From NCBI RefSeq assembly GCF_056712565.1, contig NZ_CM160072.1: DNA of 64,000 nt; one strand, 5' to 3'. A program made the translations under genes and the position numbers. Shown here piece after piece: positions 26,431 through 36,735 of this stretch. The notes under the pieces were generated by a model, which made no database searches, had not been told where the DNA came from, and saw nothing but the letters and a program-made list of their open reading frames with translations. Every line of letters starts with the position of its first letter. Position 1 is the stretch's first letter.

Positions 26431-27027
26431 TCAGTCACGCACCCAGCCTTTGCGGATCGGTAATGCAAAACAGAAGCGATACCACGATTGCAGACGTTGA
26501 TAGAGTTTATGCCCCATCGCTTGCCAGATAATCTGGGCGCTAAGGCAGCCAATCATACCTGCCAGCAATCCACCGAGCATATCCAGCGGCCAGTGGACGC
26601 CAAGATAAACGCGCGACCAGGCAATGACGACGGCCAGCACCATTAAAAGTGAGCCGGACCACAGGCGATGCCAGCATAAAAATGCCAGTGCAAAGGTGAA
26701 AATCACCGTACCGTGATCGCTCGGGAATGAGTCATCCGCCGCATGATGCAGGAAGTTATAGCCGATATTTTCGACAAAGGGTCGGTCGTGCGGAAAAAGA
26801 TGTCCCATCGTCCAGGACACAAACAGGCTGACCGCCAGCGCGATAGCGATTTTTATCACCAGTTGCCGTTGTGCTGTAAGCCCCCACAACCAAAGTACTG
26901 CGGCCAGCAACGGCACCACGGTAATCAAATCTTTAGCAATAAAAATCGCCAACGAGATCATCCACGGCGCAGAGTCTGGCGTTGCGTTAATAAGAGAGAA
27001 TAGAGAGAGATTCAAATTTTCCAGCAT
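26431..27027 (-). CDS. ybjG: undecaprenyl-pyrophosphate phosphatase (PAP2 family)
   Basis: 198 aa from MLENLNLSLF...; PAP2 motifs (PSDH, SR...H). Confidence 0.88.
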   Translation of the reverse strand: MLENLNLSLFSLINATPDSAPWMISLAIFIAKDLITVVPLLAAVLWLWGLTAQRQLVIKIAIALAVSLFVSWTMGHLFPHDRPFVENIGYNFLHHAADDSFPSDHGTVIFTFALAFLCWHRLWSGSLLMVLAVVIAWSRVYLGVHWPLDMLGGLLAGMIGCLSAQIIWQAMGHKLYQRLQSWYRFCFALPIRKGWVRD

Positions 27028-27311
27028 AACTTCCCGACGCAAAGTGATTAAAAGGGAGCCAATACAGGCAAGTCGTTGAGAATAAAGTGCAGGTTAAACT
27101 GGGTAAAGCGGCATCGTCTTATTTCCCTCAAGCGGCCTGTTTACGGTAGGTGATTGTAACGGGCAAAGGTTAAATAAAACTTAAAGAAAGCGTAGCTATA
27201 CTCGCAATAATGTAAGAATGTGCTTAACCGTGGTTTCAGCTACAAAATTCGCTTTCTCGTTAGCTGCGCTTTTATTAAACTTTGCGCGATTATTATTGGC
27301 GAAGAAATTGC

Positions 27312-28544
27312 ATGCAAAATAAATTAGCTTCCGGTGCCAGGCTTGGACGTCAGGCGTTACTTTTCCCTCTCTGTCTGGTGCTTTACGAATTTTCAACCTA
27401 TATCGGCAACGATATGATTCAACCCGGTATGTTGGCCGTGGTGGAACAATATCAGGCGGGCATTGATTGGGTTCCTACTTCGATGACTGCGTATCTGGCG
27501 GGCGGGATGTTTTTACAATGGCTCCTGGGGCCGTTGTCGGATCGTATTGGCCGCCGTCCGGTGATGTTGGCGGGAGTGGTGTGGTTTATCGTCACCTGTC
27601 TGGCAATATTACTGGCGCAAAACATTGAACAATTCACCCTGTTGCGCTTCTTGCAGGGCATAAGCCTCTGTTTCATTGGCGCTGTGGGATACGCCGCAAT
27701 TCAGGAATCCTTCGAAGAGGCCGTTTGTATCAAGATCACCGCGCTAATGGCGAACGTGGCGCTGATTGCTCCACTACTTGGTCCGCTGGTGGGCGCGGCG
27801 TGGATCCATGTGCTGCCCTGGGAAGGGATGTTTGTCTTGTTTGCCGCATTGGCAGCGATCTCCTTTTTCGGTCTGCAACGAGCTATGCCTGAAACCGCCA
27901 CGCGTATAGGCGAGAAACTGTCGCTGAAAGAACTCGGTCGTGACTATAAGTTGGTGCTGAAGAACGGCCGCTTTGTGGCGGGGGCGCTGGCGCTGGGATT
28001 CGTTAGCCTGCCGTTGTTGGCGTGGATCGCCCAGTCGCCGATTATCATTATTACCGGTGAGCAGTTGAGCAGCTATGAATATGGCTTGCTGCAAGTGCCT
28101 ATTTTCGGGGCGTTAATTGCGGGTAACTTGCTGTTAGCGCGTCTGACCTCGCGCCGCACCGTACGTTCGCTGATTATTATGGGCGGCTGGCCGATTATGA
28201 TTGGTCTGTTGGTCGCTGCTGCGGCAACGGTTATCTCATCGCACGCGTATTTATGGATGACCGCCGGGTTAAGTATTTATGCTTTCGGTATTGGTCTGGC
28301 GAATGCGGGACTGGTGCGATTAACCCTGTTTGCCAGCGATATGAGTAAAGGTACGGTTTCTGCGGCGATGGGGATGCTGCAAATGCTGATCTTTACCGTC
28401 GGTATTGAAATCAGCAAACATGCCTGGCTGAACGGGGGCAACGGACTGTTTAATCTCTTCAACCTTGTCAACGGCATTTTGTGGCTGTCGCTGATGGTTA
28501 TCTTTTTAAAAGATAAACAGATGGGAAATTCGCACGAAGGGTAA
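27312..28544 (+). CDS. mdfA: MFS multidrug efflux transporter
   Basis: 410 aa from [12 protein letters not shown]...; 12-TM MFS pattern. Confidence 0.9.
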
Positions 28545-28547
28545 AAA

Positions 28548-28580
28548 AATGCCTGATTGCTTTGTGCGATCAGGCATTCT
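28548..28580. terminator. stem-loop between mdfA and ybjH (T-run on the minus strand)
   Basis: AATGCCTGATCGC...GCGATCAGGCATT hairpin with an A-run on plus, i.e. T-run for the minus-strand ybjH transcript. Confidence 0.5.
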
Positions 28581-28584
28581 CGAA

Positions 28585-28851
28585 TTAATGGTGATGGTCG
28601 TCAATCTGGTGTTCGATAACCATCCCTTCACCTACGCTGGCAAGATGGCGAACATAAGGATGCGGGCGGTAAGCCGGAGCTGGCGCAGGAGCCACATAGA
28701 CGGTTTGCGGCACAGTCGCGACGCTGACTGAATCAGGAACCACAACCACTTTGTATCCACTCGGCACATCGACGGTGACACTTTGCGCCATCGCCACACC
28801 AGTAAAGCCCATTAAAAGCGCGCCCAACAGTAGACAATTTTTCATAATCAT
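28585..28851 (-). CDS. ybjH: small secreted protein
   Basis: Signal peptide MIMKNCLLLGALLMGFTGVAMA; C-terminal HHH; exact start uncertain. Confidence 0.7.
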   Translation of the reverse strand: MIMKNCLLLGALLMGFTGVAMAQSVTVDVPSGYKVVVVPDSVSVATVPQTVYVAPAPAPAYRPHPYVRHLASVGEGMVIEHQIDDHHH

Positions 28852-28935
28852 TTCGCCTGAAATAATGCAGCGGGTTAATTTCCGCGAATTATGCAATCTT
28901 CATTCAGGCATTGTGTTGCCGGGCGTGCTGCCGTT

Positions 28936-29751
28936 TTATTGGTTAAATGGCGCTTCGTGTTTAAGCACTTTATCGATCACATCCAGTACGCCTTCACGGT
29001 TATTGGAGCCTGCCCGGTATTTTGCCGCTGCGACGACCGCGCTGCCGGCATTTTCCATTGCAAAACTAAAGCCTGCCTGACGCAGCATCTCAATATCGTT
29101 ACCGCCATCGCCAAAGACCACCACTTCGCTGTCGTCTATTCCCCATAATTTCTGCAGTTGGCGAAGGCCATTGGCTTTATGTACACCGGGGATAATCAGA
29201 TCGATGCTGCCGTTGCCGGTATGGACCGGTACCATGATATCGCCGATGGCCTCATGTAATGCTTTTTGCACTTGTGGGATCAGTTCGTCAGAGAGATTAA
29301 GGCCAAATTTAAAGAAGATATCTTCTAAGTTGTCAAAGTTATCGACGTATTCCAGACGGTGATAATACATTTCCGCCACCGTTTTCATGGCATCGTCATA
29401 TTTTTTGAGGGTATAGGCGCTATTTTTTCCGCAGGCAATAATTTCCACTTCCGGGCGCGTCAGCAAATGTTCTACGACAGTAGTAAACGCATCCTTCGAC
29501 AGCTCGCCATTAAAAACATCTTTGCCTTCGCTCACTACCCAGCCGCCGTTTTCAGCCACAAAGGCAATTTCATTAGCAATTTCAGGAAAGAAAGAGATCA
29601 ACTGATAATATTGATTCCCGCTGGCGACCACAAAGCGAATGCCTTGTGCTTTCATTTGCTGATACTGAGCCATAAACCGCTCACGGTTATAGGTTTTTTG
29701 ATCGCTTAAGAAAGTACCATCCATGTCTACCGCAATTAATTTAATGCTCAT
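28936..29751 (-). CDS. ybjI: HAD-family Cof-type phosphatase
   Basis: 271 aa; DMDGTF motif; paralog-like to ybiV. Confidence 0.9.
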   Translation of the reverse strand: MSIKLIAVDMDGTFLSDQKTYNRERFMAQYQQMKAQGIRFVVASGNQYYQLISFFPEIANEIAFVAENGGWVVSEGKDVFNGELSKDAFTTVVEHLLTRPEVEIIACGKNSAYTLKKYDDAMKTVAEMYYHRLEYVDNFDNLEDIFFKFGLNLSDELIPQVQKALHEAIGDIMVPVHTGNGSIDLIIPGVHKANGLRQLQKLWGIDDSEVVVFGDGGNDIEMLRQAGFSFAMENAGSAVVAAAKYRAGSNNREGVLDVIDKVLKHEAPFNQ

Positions 29752-30959
29752 CAACTATTCTCCATCGCCGTCTGCGTTTTGGTATCGGGTTTGGCGACGG
29801 CTTTCGCGACAATAGCCGCGAGAATAACCAGCGCCAGTACAACCAGCATTGCACTACGTAATCCATAATGTTCGCCGAGATAGCCCAGCAGCGGCGGCCC
29901 GACGAGGAAAGCCAGATAACCGGTCGTAGCTACCACGCTGACGCGGGTTGGTGCATCGGGGCCGGTATCGCTGGCGGCAGAAATAGTCAGCGGGAAGCCC
30001 AACGAGGCACCCAGTCCCCAAAGTACAACAGACACCCCAGCGACCCAGGCGCTATCGACAAAAATAATCAGCCCAATACCCAACGCCCCCATTAGTGCAC
30101 TGGCCCGAACCACGGCAACGCGACTGTAACGGTCAATGAACCAACCGCCGGTAAAGCGTCCAACGGTCATCCCCAGGGTAAAACCGGCATAAATCAGCGA
30201 GCCGGAAGTAGGGCTAAAACCGTGACCATCAACCATTAATAAGGGTAACCAGTCGTTGGCAGAACCTTCGGCAAAGGCCATCGCCAGCACCACAACACCA
30301 ATCAACAGCAACTGGATATCCCGATAAAAAGGTACGCCTTTTTCACCATGCTGGGTGCCATCGGCAGCATTTTTGCCCGTACCGTCAGGGATTGCCTGAA
30401 TGGCGATATAAATAGGTGCGATGCCTACCAGCGCCGCCAATAAAATATGCACCGTTGCCGGAACGCCAAAGGCCGTCAGTGCCATCCCGACACCTGCGCC
30501 TGCCAGCGTGCCCAGGCTATAAAAACCGTGCATCATCGGTAAAACCGTCTTATTCATTTCTCTCTCAACGGCGGCACCTTCAACGTTTATCGCCACTTCC
30601 GCAGAACCAAAACTAGCCCCAAAGACGCCGAGACCAACGGCAAAGAGCAAGGGCGATGTCAGCCAGAGTGCCAGACTTAATATCATCATCCCAATCAATG
30701 CGCAGGACATCGTCACAAGGATGACATTACGCGTCCCAAAGCGTTTCACTAACCACGCCGAGCAGAGAATACCGCTCATCGAACCGATCGACAGACCAAA
30801 GAGAACACCGCCCATTTCAGCGATCGAGACAGAGAGAATATCGCGGATAGCAGGCGTACGGGTTGCCCAGGACGCCATTAACAGGCCTGGCAAAAAGAAG
30901 AACATAAACAGCGCCCAGGTTCGGCGTTTCAATGCATTACGTGAAGAATTTACGGTCAT
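29751..30959 (-). CDS. ybjJ: MFS transporter
   Basis: 402 aa from [15 protein letters not shown]...; multi-TM. Confidence 0.85.
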
Positions 30960-31042
30960 AGACCACGTCAAAATAAGAAGAGGGAAGACAACATTAGCAA
31001 GACTGTGTACATTTGTACACAATTGCAGAGAGAGGAAATGAC

Positions 31043-31579
31043 ATGCGTCGCGCTAACGATCCGCAACGGCGAGAAAAAATTATCCAGGCCACGCTGGAGG
31101 CGGTGAAACTTTACGGAATACATGCTGTTACACACCGCAAAATTGCTACCCTTGCCGGGGTGCCGTTGGGATCGATGACCTACTATTTTTCAGGAATTGA
31201 TGAGTTGTTGCTGGAGGCGTTCAGCCGTTTTACTGAGATCATGTCCCGGCAATATCAGGCATTTTTTAGCGATGTTAGTGATGCTCCAGGCGCATGCCAG
31301 GCTATCACCGATATGATCTACAGCTCACAGGTCGCAACGCCGGATAATATGGAGCTGATGTACCAGCTCTACGCGCTGGCTAGCCGAAAACCGCTCTTAA
31401 AAACGGTAATGCAAAACTGGATGCAGCGCAGTCAACAAACGCTCGAACAATGGTTTGAACCCGGAACCGCCCGCGCGCTTGATGCGTTTATTGAGGGAAT
31501 GACGCTGCATTTTGTCACCGACCGTAAGCCGCTATCACGCGAGGAGATTTTGAGGATGGTTGAGAGGATTGCTGGGTAG
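31043..31579 (+). CDS. rcdA: TetR-family transcriptional regulator
   Basis: 178 aa from [21 protein letters not shown]...; TetR N-terminal HTH. Confidence 0.85.
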
Positions 31580-31628
31580 TAGATAAATTTCAGGCAACAA
31601 AAAAACCATTTATGTAAACGGGTTAATG

Positions 31629-31662
31629 AAAACAATAAGTTAGATTAAAAACAATAAGTTAG
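31629..31662 (+). repeat. 15-bp direct repeat AAAACAATAAGTTAG x2 in the attL region
   Basis: Copies at 31629–31643 and 31648–31662, between the rcdA stop and the integrase stop; candidate att core or Int arm sites. Confidence 0.4.
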
Positions 31663-31683
31663 GTTGGTGGTCAGTGGTGGTTA

Positions 31684-32736
31684 TTACGGGGTAATGCCAA
31701 CCGCTGCCGCCACTTTGTCGCCACTTGGCAGCGTTGCCAGAGGATTGAAACGGAGCGCCGTTTCCAGATGATCCGGTGCCAGATGTGCGTAACGCATAGT
31801 CATTTTTATATCGTGGTGTCCGAGAATTTTTTGTAAGGCCAGAATGTTTCCACCCGACATCATGAAGTGCGCCGCAAACGTATGGCGCAGAACGTGTGTG
31901 AGTTGACCGCGAGGGAGCACGATAGACGTTTTTTCCATCACGGATAAAAATTGAAAATAGCAGTCTGTGAAGAAATTGAACCCATCAAGCGCCATGATCT
32001 CTTCGTAAAGCTCTTTACTGATAGGGATGCTTCTGTTTTTCTTCCCCTTCGTTCTGACAAAGGTAATTCGGTATTTGGTCACCTGTGAGCGGGTAAGATT
32101 TACGGCTTCACGCCAGCGTGCGCCTGTGCTTAAGCATATCTTAACTACCAGTGCCAGAATTGGGTCCTGACGTTTGCAATCAGCCAGCAATTCAACAATC
32201 TGCTCATGGGTAAGCCATGCCATCTCTTTTTCTGCGATGGTGAATTTTCGCATGTTCTCCAGTGGGTTCGGATACGACCATTCGCCCAGACGGGATAGTT
32301 CGCTAAAAACACTACTTAGATAGCTTTGCTCCAGGTTAATGGTGACCGGGCTTGCTCCTTTCTTCCATTTCTCGCTGAAGTAGATCTCGCCTGTCAGGCG
32401 TTTATCTCGATAATGGGCAAACATTTTAGAGGTGAGATCGGTTGCAAGAGGATTGCCCAGAGCGTCAACCATCAACAGCAATTTGTCATAGACATGCTGC
32501 CCAGCTGTCAGAGATTTACCATGTAGTTTGAACCATAGCTCAACCACGTCTTTCAGTGTTCGACGATCCACTGATTCACCCAGCCAGGGCTTTGCTTCGG
32601 TTTCTTCCATCGTGTGGCGCTCAAAAGCCAGTGCTTCGCCTTTGGTGGCGAATTGTTTACGCACACGACGCCCACTTCGTCCGGCGGGGTAACATTCGCA
32701 AAGCCATTTCCCAGTGGTGAGTTTTCGTACTGCCAT
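31684..32736 (-). CDS. int: phage integrase (tyrosine recombinase, P2-type)
   Basis: About 350 aa from MAVRKLTTGKW...; C-terminal catalytic region with HVLRHTFA and LGHHDIKMTMRYAHL (R, H-x-x-R, Y). Confidence 0.9.
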   Translation of the reverse strand: MAVRKLTTGKWLCECYPAGRSGRRVRKQFATKGEALAFERHTMEETEAKPWLGESVDRRTLKDVVELWFKLHGKSLTAGQHVYDKLLLMVDALGNPLATDLTSKMFAHYRDKRLTGEIYFSEKWKKGASPVTINLEQSYLSSVFSELSRLGEWSYPNPLENMRKFTIAEKEMAWLTHEQIVELLADCKRQDPILALVVKICLSTGARWREAVNLTRSQVTKYRITFVRTKGKKNRSIPISKELYEEIMALDGFNFFTDCYFQFLSVMEKTSIVLPRGQLTHVLRHTFAAHFMMSGGNILALQKILGHHDIKMTMRYAHLAPDHLETALRFNPLATLPSGDKVAAAVGITP

Positions 32737-32924
32737 AAAAAATGCCCTCCAGTAGAGAGCATTTTTACTGTATGTATAACCAGTGTCAATGTATGAAATC
32801 CTACGACCATACATCTCACTGAAGCCATAATGAAGTTGGCTATTCTTTTTGCTATGTGAGCATGTAACTTTTGCGGTTAACCTGCGGCTCATTTTTATTT
32901 TAGACGCAGATATAAAAGCAAAAG

Positions 32925-33116
32925 TTATCGTGAGTTTTTAGTACAGATTTTTTTGGATTTACTAATAGTTCCATCATTGCAAACAAATTTTCCATCGGAG
33001 GTACAGTGAGAGACACCTCCCTTTTTCCCAGAACAAGGATAATTTTTAGCATAGGTAGTTAGTGGGCTTAATAACAAAGAGCATGATAAAACCACAAAAA
33101 ATACTTTACCAAGCAT
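32925..33116 (-). CDS. small Cys-rich secreted peptide (moron candidate)
   Basis: 63 aa; signal peptide [23 protein letters not shown]; mature about 40 aa with 5 Cys; AT-rich; between int and repressor. Confidence 0.4.
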   Translation of the reverse strand: MLGKVFFVVLSCSLLLSPLTTYAKNYPCSGKKGGVSHCTSDGKFVCNDGTISKSKKICTKNSR

Positions 33117-33131
33117 AGTTTCCTCCCGGTA

Positions 33132-33701
33132 TTATCTAACATATTTAACTGTTAAACTTATAATTTTACCAATTATTTCAATGTCTTCTATCTTACATTC
33201 GAAGGCTCTGTTTCCACCCTCGACGAAGATTCTTCCACCGGGTAAACGAGTAATGTCACGGATCGTTACTTCGCCATCAATACTTATTACCCATTTACCA
33301 TCACGTATGTCATCAAATTCTTTATCACAAATAAATTCAGAATTGTTATCTGTGATGACAAAAGGTTTTTTAAACGTAGAGGGTAGAAATCCCTTATCAA
33401 AAATATAAAAACCGTCTTCACGCAAGGCACCATCAGATAATACATATTTAGCAACTTCCATAGTATTTGTATTACCTGAAGTTTGCTTTGAACCATGTCC
33501 GGTTGTGAGCCAATTAAGCGAGGTGCCCGTTTCAAGGGCGCACTGGATTACCCATTCTGCTGGGAATGAGTCACGCATGTAGCGTGTGGCGAGTGTACTT
33601 TTAGAGATTCCTAAATGATCGCACAACGCCTGTCGAGTCTTGAATCCATAAGCTTCTACCATGCGCTCTATGGCGCCTCGTCCGCCTTTCTCCAAATTCA
33701 T
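33132..33701 (-). CDS. cI: 186 CI-like immunity repressor
   Basis: HTH region GRGAIERMVEAYGFKTRQALCDHLGISKSTLATRYMR; start taken at internal Met (MNLEKGG...) to leave a promoter region; adjacent and divergent to an Apl-like gene. Confidence 0.75.
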   Translation of the reverse strand: MNLEKGGRGAIERMVEAYGFKTRQALCDHLGISKSTLATRYMRDSFPAEWVIQCALETGTSLNWLTTGHGSKQTSGNTNTMEVAKYVLSDGALREDGFYIFDKGFLPSTFKKPFVITDNNSEFICDKEFDDIRDGKWVISIDGEVTIRDITRLPGGRIFVEGGNRAFECKIEDIEIIGKIISLTVKYVR

Positions 33702-33826
33702 GGTCACTCCAAGTGAACTTTTATCTTGACGATTTCGCCGTGCGATCGTATGTTTATGGTGTTCACAAAATACAAACGATCCGTATTCGTCCTGATTAAT
33801 CATCATTAAACGAGGAATGTTGCATC

Positions 33827-34048
33827 ATGAGACCTAACATTTCAATCACTCTTACCACGCCTCATGTGACTATTGAACGCTATAGCGAGCTGACAGGGCT
33901 ATCCATCGATACCATCAATGACATGTTGGCTGATGGACGCCTTATCCGTCACCGTCTGCGCAAAGATAAAAAACGCGAAAAAGTGATGATCAACATAGCA
34001 GCAATGACCGTTGATGCGCTTTCAGAATGCAATCTAAACCTTAATTAG
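33827..34048 (+). CDS. Apl/Cox-like excisionase-regulator
   Basis: 73 aa; small basic HTH protein ([11 protein letters not shown]) first in the rightward early operon. Confidence 0.55.
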   Translation: MRPNISITLTTPHVTIERYSELTGLSIDTINDMLADGRLIRHRLRKDKKREKVMINIAAMTVDALSECNLNLN

Positions 34049-34074
34049 TTCGATTCTGAAATACATCAGAGGCA

Positions 34075-34590
34075 TTGACCATGTTTGATTACCAAGTTTC
34101 CAAACATCCACATTTTGATGAAGCCTGTCGTGCATTTGCACTGCGCCACAATCTGGTGCAACTGGCAGAACGTGCAGGCATGAATGTGCAGATTCTGCGG
34201 AACAAGCTGAACCCAGCTCAGCCTCATTTATTAACCGCACCAGAAATCTGGCTGCTTACCGATCTGACTGAAGATTCAACGCTGGTAGATGGTTTTCTGG
34301 CACAGATTCATTGTCTGCCATGTGTACCGATTAATGAGGTGGCAAAAGAGAAACTGCCACATTACGTCATGAGTGCAACCGCAGAGATCGGGCGTGTTGC
34401 TGCAGGTGCGGTGTCTGGCGATGTAAAAACCTGTGCCGGTCGTCGTGATGCTATCAGCAGCATTAACTCTGTAACACGACTGATGGCGCTGGCTGCTGTT
34501 TCATTGCAGGCCCGTTTACAGGCTAATCCTGCGATGGCGAGTGCAGTTGATACCGTGACTGGCCTCGGTGCTTCATTCGGTTTGCTGTGA
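34075..34590 (+). CDS. CII-like phage regulatory protein
   Basis: 171 aa; position and size match 186 CII; HTH-like region [20 protein letters not shown]. Confidence 0.55.
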   Translation: MTMFDYQVSKHPHFDEACRAFALRHNLVQLAERAGMNVQILRNKLNPAQPHLLTAPEIWLLTDLTEDSTLVDGFLAQIHCLPCVPINEVAKEKLPHYVMSATAEIGRVAAGAVSGDVKTCAGRRDAISSINSVTRLMALAAVSLQARLQANPAMASAVDTVTGLGASFGLL

Positions 34591-34597
34591 GGTGCTT

Positions 34598-34894
34598 ATG
34601 CTGACGAAAGAACCATCATTTGCATCGCTGCTGGTAAAACAAAGCCCGGCAATGCACTACGGTTACGGCTGGATCACGGGTGAGGATGGAAAACGCTGGC
34701 ATCCATGTCATTCACAAGATGAATTGCTGTCTGAATTGACCACGAGGAAACGGAGAAAGTCCAAATGTATGCGGCAGAAAGTGAAGTGGTTTATCAGTTT
34801 CGTTACAGAGGGGAGAGTTATTCAGTACCTGAAGATGATTTGCTCTGTTGCTATCCGTCATTGTCGGGAGATGGCAGTTACTTTTTCACGTTAA
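34598..34894 (+). CDS. hypothetical early protein (extent uncertain; overlaps next gene out of frame)
   Basis: Start MLTKEPSFAS with GAGGTG RBS; in-frame stop only at 34894, so the 3' part overlaps the next ORF. Confidence 0.3.
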   Translation: MLTKEPSFASLLVKQSPAMHYGYGWITGEDGKRWHPCHSQDELLSELTTRKRRKSKCMRQKVKWFISFVTEGRVIQYLKMICSVAIRHCREMAVTFSR

Positions 34895-34989
34895 AGGATG
34901 GGACGTTTTTACGGGGAGAGCAGGTTAAAGAGACGATACGAAAAAATGTATCTCCTCTTGAGCGTTACCGTAAGAACAAAGAACGATAG
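34765..34989 (+). CDS. hypothetical early protein
   Basis: 74 aa; GGAGA RBS 8 nt upstream of ATG. Confidence 0.45.
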   Translation: MYAAESEVVYQFRYRGESYSVPEDDLLCCYPSLSGDGSYFFTLKDGTFLRGEQVKETIRKNVSPLERYRKNKER

Positions 34990-35011
34990 CTGCGTTTGGG
35001 GAATATGAAGT

Positions 35012-35353
35012 ATGGCAATTAATGGCGCTGCAGCAACTGTTCCATTAAGCCCCGGTGAACGCCTGAATGGACTTAATCACATTGCGGAGTTAAGGGCGAA
35101 AGTTTTTGGCCTGAATATTGAGTCAGAGCTTGAGCAGTTTATTAAAGATATGCGTGATCCACGGGATATCAATAATGAACAAAATAAACGGGCACTGGCT
35201 GCCATATTCTTTATGGCAAAAATTCCAGCTGAACGTCATAGCATCAGCATTAATGAGCTGACCACTGACGAAAAGCGGGAGCTGATTAAAGCAATGAATC
35301 ATTTTCGTGCAGTGGTGAGCTTATTTCCCAGACGGCTAACCATGCCGAATTAA
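35012..35353 (+). CDS. hypothetical early protein
   Basis: 113 aa ORF in early operon. Confidence 0.5.
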   Translation: MAINGAAATVPLSPGERLNGLNHIAELRAKVFGLNIESELEQFIKDMRDPRDINNEQNKRALAAIFFMAKIPAERHSISINELTTDEKRELIKAMNHFRAVVSLFPRRLTMPN

Positions 35354-35420
35354 CCAACTAATGAAATTAATGGCGTAAACCCGCCGGGCATCCCTTTATC
35401 TAAATTCAGGAGAATTGATT

Positions 35421-35654
35421 ATGCGTAATATTGAAACCCTCTCGACCAAAACCGGACCGGATGACGCAGGGCTTAATATTTTACTGACAGAGGCTCGTCT
35501 GGAAGAACGCCGGGCAAGAGCAGAGGCAATGGCTGCCCGCCTTGATAGCCTTGCGTGCCATATCACATCCCGCCAGCTAAACCACGTCGAAGCGGCAGAA
35601 CTGCTGCGCGTGACTGCTGAAGCAATCCAGAACGAAGCGCAGGAGATCCACTAA
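35421..35654 (+). CDS. hypothetical early protein
   Basis: About 77 aa; coiled-coil-like; start at MRNIETL. Confidence 0.45.
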   Translation: MRNIETLSTKTGPDDAGLNILLTEARLEERRARAEAMAARLDSLACHITSRQLNHVEAAELLRVTAEAIQNEAQEIH

Positions 35655-35881
35655 TGGCTGATGCAATGGATCTCGTACAGCAGCGCGTTGAAGAAGAACG
35701 CCAGCGTCATATCCGTGCTGCCCGTGCCAAAACGCCGGGCGTGTCCCGCGTGCTTTGCATTGAGTGTGAAGCGCCAATTCCGCCAGCACGCCGCCGTGCC
35801 ATTCCAGGTGTGCAGCTTTGCATTACCTGTCAGGAAATCGCAGAGCTGAAAGGCAAACATTACAACGGAGGTGCTGTATGA
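35654..35881 (+). CDS. TraR/DksA-family C4 zinc-finger protein
   Basis: 75 aa; CIECEAPIP...CITCQ (CxxC-N17-CxxC). Confidence 0.7.
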   Translation: MADAMDLVQQRVEEERQRHIRAARAKTPGVSRVLCIECEAPIPPARRRAIPGVQLCITCQEIAELKGKHYNGGAV

Positions 35882-36735
35882 GCACCATCCTGAAATGGGC
35901 GGGAAATAAAACCGCCATTATGTCCGAACTGAAAAAGCATCTTCCTGCTGGCCCGCGACTGGTTGAACCTTTCGCGGGTTCCTGTGCAGTGATGATGGAG
36001 ACGGAGTACCCCAGCTATCTTGTTGCGGATATTAATCCTGATTTAATCAACCTCTATAAAAAGGTTGCTGCTGATTGTGAATCGTTTATATCTCGCGCCA
36101 GAGTTTTATTTGAGATCGCAAACAGGGAGGTGGCTTATTACAACATAAGGAAGGAGTTTAATTACTCAACTGAAATTACTGATTTCATGAAAGCGGTATA
36201 TTTCCTGTATCTCAATCGTCACGGTTACCGTGGTTTATGTCGCTATAACAAGAGCGGGCATTTCAACATTCCCTACGGCAATTATAAAAATCCGTATTTC
36301 CCTGAAAAAGAAATTCGCGCATTTGCAGAAAAAGCCCAGCGAGCAACGTTTATCTGCGCCAGCTTTGATGAAACGCTGGCGATGTTGAAGGCGGGGGATG
36401 TGGTGTATTGCGATCCACCGTATGACGGTACGTTTTCCGGCTATCACACTGACGGCTTCACTGAAGATGACCAGTATCACCTGGCATCTGTTCTTGAACA
36501 TCGGTCATCAGAAGGACATCCGGTCATTGTTTCTAACAGTGACACATCCCTGATCCGTTCGCTGTATCGCAATTTTACTCACCACTATATCAAGGTAAAA
36601 CGCATCATCGGTGTGGCAGCTGGCGAGGGTAAATCAGCAACAGAAATCATTGCTGTTTCCGGGCCGCGCTGCTGGGTGGGATTTGATTATTCGCGTGGCG
36701 TGGATAGTTCTGCCGTGTACGGAGTACGTGCATGA
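35878..36735 (+). CDS. Dam-like DNA adenine methyltransferase (orphan)
   Basis: 285 aa; LKWAGNK N-terminus, FAGS AdoMet motif, DPPY catalytic motif; start overlaps the TraR-like stop (ATGA). Confidence 0.9.
   Translation: MSTILKWAGNKTAIMSELKKHLPAGPRLVEPFAGSCAVMMETEYPSYLVADINPDLINLYKKVAADCESFISRARVLFEIANREVAYYNIRKEFNYSTEITDFMKAVYFLYLNRHGYRGLCRYNKSGHFNIPYGNYKNPYFPEKEIRAFAEKAQRATFICASFDETLAMLKAGDVVYCDPPYDGTFSGYHTDGFTEDDQYHLASVLEHRSSEGHPVIVSNSDTSLIRSLYRNFTHHYIKVKRIIGVAAGEGKSATEIIAVSGPRCWVGFDYSRGVDSSAVYGVRA

Noticed and set aside
31580-31683. tRNA gene as integration target
   Set aside because: No cloverleaf-forming sequence or tRNA-like conserved boxes were seen at the junction; the integration site appears intergenic.
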